Program-made: the position numbers and the translations under genes
Shown: piece by piece, positions 60,650 to 64,000 of the stretch
Layout: the number at the start of each line of letters is the position of its first letter
How positions within the stretch are numbered: the first letter of the stretch is position 1
NCBI GenBank assembly: GCA_036172245.1
Contig: JAYWIR010000012.1
Span: 1,612,001 to 1,676,000 of the forward strand
Reading direction: 5' to 3'
Source: Raillietiella orientalis
Lineage: Eukaryota
DNA: 64,000 bases
Notes under the pieces: generated by a model
What the model was told of the DNA's origin: nothing
Database searches by the model: none
Seen by the model: the letters and a program-made list of their open reading frames with translations, nothing else

Positions 60650-63600
60650 CGTTCACGTTCCATTAAACTATAAGGCGTCTCCGGTTTGGTTACCCGAACT
60701 TGTTCTACTCGTTCTCTCAATGATCCTGGAAGAGGATTTTCTAATCGCTTTATCGGCATCAAGCTAGATTTGGAGGGATCTGTCTGGCGTGCGTTCCTTC
60801 CTGTGACGCCATTGTTTCTTCCAGGATTTCGCCCCGATATCCCCAAGACTTTGCCATATGGTATTTGGGAATTGGGACGCCGTCTCTTCTTAATATCTTT
60901 TTTGGAGGCTTTTGGAGGATTCAAACAAGATCCAATCTTTCACTTGGGCTCGAATTGATCATCTTTGGAAAAATGAGAGCTTTGAAGATGCCACCAAGGG
61001 AAAAATCTCAGCTATGCCGCACCTCTTTGACTTCAGACGGCAGCTGCATGAATTATCTGGAGTCATCCATAACCGAAAACTTTCCTCTCCTTTCCATCGC
61101 TGCTTTAGCTTCAGGAGGCTTCTGGAAACGCAGGGAGGCAGGGTAGATGCTGACGAGGACGCAGCACTCCCTTGGTCTCGCAGCTTCAGGGGAAATCGCG
61201 CCGGCACCTCCTACAATGGAGCACATGAGGATCCATTCGAGGAAATCTTGGAAACCAACCGCGCTCCTCTATCTCTCTCCATCCAAGGTGGCAGAGAGGT
61301 TCAATTGCTTCGAATTCCTCCAATCTGAGAGCACAACGCGATCGACGCTGCTGAGACGTCTTCTCCCGATTGAGGACGCTGTACCAGAGTGAACTTATAG
61401 CAAGTCGAGGCCGGACCAACAAACACTGACCTCATAATCTTCCGAGGGTGGAGATCATATCACTGTGGAGACACACAGATCCCTATTAGGAGCAGGGAAG
61501 CGGGAGGAGGGTTATGGTGGAAACGGAAGGGATTTGTCAGGTTTATTGTGCCTGGTATTCTGAAAATGATCGCCTCCAGCTCTTTGCGATCTCTTGTCTC
61601 CAAGCGTTTCCATCTTCGGGCTGTTCGGAGCAGTCCTTTCTACATCTGAAGGTGTCTTCGTGGGTCTTTTGGAATTCTGGACACCACAACGCACGCTGCT
61701 TTGGTTGGTCCCTTTTGTTTTTTTTGTTTTTTATTTTTAAAAAGGCCAGTAGCGACCCTCACGAGGAGATCGTGACTATTAGCCTAGGACGATGGAAATC
61801 CTTGGGTTCTTTTTTCTTCTGTATGCTGTTTTCCTCTCAGCTTTTTTTTTTTTAAGAATTTTCTTTTTTTTTTGGTTCGCTAAGTAACCTCAAGAGCTGG
61901 TCGCGTGCCTCGCGGCGCACGTGGCTCTTTTTAAACATTAAACACAGTTTTCTTTCCACGCCTCTCCGCCCGCGGCAACCCGCAGGGGGCGTGTAATTCT
62001 TCAGTGTAATTCTTCAGGATAGGGGGCACCCCGGGATGGGGGTCCGCCCTATGAATCCAGGAAGGGCTCGGAGTCCGTTCCTCTCACGCTTGGGGAGGGA
62101 TTGCACCTCCCACCCTGGTTGTCTCCGAAGGGGAACCCTGAAGGGAATCTCCTTCCTCATTCTCTCTGGAGAGACACCCCCCTGGGAGAGGGGTGGTCCT
62201 CTCCATTTCAACTTTTCCGAAGGGAACCCGGAAAGGATCCGCTTGTAGGAATTTCTTCTCCGGAGGGAACCCGCAAGGGAACCGCTCCTGTTCACTCCTC
62301 TGAAGAGAACCCGAAGGGACGCTTCCGAAATTCCGAAGGGGCCCTGAAGCTTCTCGCAGGGAATCGCTCTCGCTTGCTTCCTTGTGCACACTCTGTGAAG
62401 AGGCGACGACTCGGAGGGACCCCCACAACAGGGGGGGTCCGCTCCTTTGAACACCTGAAGAGGTGCCCGTGAGGGCTCCTGCTCCATCTTGAAACCGGAG
62501 GGGTCCCCCGGTGGGGGGGTCCGCTCTCCGTTGTACGACCAGAGGGGGAACTCCCCACTCCTTTTTATTCCTGGGAAGACCCGAAGGTCAATTTCCCATT
62601 GTTCCGCCCTTCATCGGCGGCCTCCGGCTTAATCCACCACCGGTACCACGCCCGAATGATTAGGCCAACTAGCACCATTGCAGGAGAAACTCGAAACCCA
62701 AACGACTCAGTGGCGTCAGTTATCTGCCGAAGTATTCGAACCTGCGACGCATAGTGCCACGCGCGGAAGCCTTAACCACAAAGCCTCCGACGCGGGCCCT
62801 TTTGTCGAAAGAAGCAACTGAACAGTTCCTTGGGATCCTCATGCGGGAAGAACGGGCCGTGCTGCACTCGTTGCCATCCTCTCTGCAGGTCCAGGCATTC
62901 CACGAGAAGATACGGAAACGTTTCTCTTCCACCTCATCTCTCGCAGTGAACACCTACTTTCCCCAGAGAGGACCTAGCTGAGGAGATCGTCTCTGAGTAA
63001 GATCCAATATATTGTTAATGCCAAAAGACGCAGGACTTTCGTAGGGATTCGCGACTGTTCCCAAAAATCGGGAGAAACTTCCACCGAGCGATCATGAAGG
63101 TCCATGCAAGTCTCCCTCCGGCCCAATCTCTTGGCCTCGGACACTTTCTGCTGCTGCCGAACTGGGTTTGCATCTTTCCAAAGGTACTTCTTTCTGGCCT
63201 CATGCCAGATCATCTATCGTGGAGATCTCCTCATCGTGGAGATCGGTCTGTGTCAGGCCTGCACTGAGGCACTGAGGCATTTTCGTGTGTGCCTGTAGCT
63301 CTGACTCTTCCTTTGCTTATTTCCCTCTTCCACAAGCTTTATGTCTTTCGGAGACGTCGTATATCCTGTAGTTTCTCTCTGGCTCCAGGAGCTTGCATCC
63401 AATGGTTCATTGGTGGCGTCTGCCAGGTACGATGTCCAGTCGTGCGGCAACTCTTTGCCTCTGATGTTTGTCGAGTACCTCGGCTACCTCTTTGAAAGAA
63501 GCAGCCAGCTTCCCTCTGACGCGCCAGATGCAGTTGCAAGGACGAAAAAATCTTTCTGGAACATCGGGTCTGCGGGGATGTTCCGACGGTCCCTCGGACT

Positions 63601-64000
63601 CTCGCTTTAACTTCCCAAGAGTGAAAAAGATGCGGAGGGTGAGTGCACCCTGCCCTGCATTCTGTCCCAGAGAAAAGCTCTCCAGGGATGCTTCCGTTTG
63701 TCACCTCTCCACAAAACTCCACTCGCACGGGTGCGATAAAAGCGCCCCCTGTTAGGTTCACCCACGCCCGGTGCGCTTCTGGAACGGGAAGCTTCATCCG
63801 TCGGGATGACTCCTGCTACCTGAACCTCCCTGTCCCTTATGCATAGGCATCTCCCGCCCCTGCTCGCGTGCCATCATCCCACTCAGTGAGCCTCAGCATC
63901 GATAAGGCACCGAGATCTTCCCGCCTGAGCAAGGGACGCCTGTAGAAACACCGTGAGCGGTCTCCATGGACTTCGAGCCAGCCTCCTGTCCGAAGATGGA
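60650..64000 (+). mobile_element. Decayed LINE ORF2 (endonuclease to RT), interrupted by SINE copy 8; runs off the window
   Basis: SFTWARIDHLW (~60935; cf. endonuclease SRID), IGLCQAC (~63242; cf. GLRQGC) and EYLGY (~63473). Confidence 0.55.
61719..62797 (-). mobile_element. tRNA-derived SINE, copy 8 (longest, ~1.08 kb)
   Basis: Head GTGGTTAAGGCTTCCGCGCGTGGCACTATGCGTCGCAGGTTCGAATAC, internal repeats, internal A-tract, tail module and terminal A-tract. Flanked by GGTCCCTTTTGT (61707-61718) and GGGCCCTTTTGT (62794-62805). Confidence 0.9.

Overview
This looks like eukaryotic, retrotransposon-saturated non-coding DNA (intergenic or a very large intron). I can support no intact protein-coding gene, intact RNA gene or CRISPR array, and the long ORFs I could interpret are sense or antisense remnants of L1/Tx1-like LINEs. 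Content: (1) more than 20 decayed LINE fragments (AP-endonuclease, RT and C-terminal zinc-finger motifs), mostly from two related subfamilies I label A and B; (2) 8 copies of a long (~0.8-1.1 kb) tRNA-headed SINE; (3) an ~85-bp copy of the extreme 5' end of 28S/LSU rRNA fused in inverted orientation to a LINE 3' end; (4) a probable processed pseudogene of an unrecognised protein. The most unusual signal is the integration behaviour of the A/B LINEs. They end in a conserved AATAAA-CCCGG(N5-6)CCGGG-TGA(T)AAA hairpin with no poly(A). At least two insertions are flanked by ~180-200-bp direct repeats with target-site-duplication (TSD) geometry, and insertion positions appear to be re-used. All alignments were done by eye, so boundaries of decayed elements are approximate.
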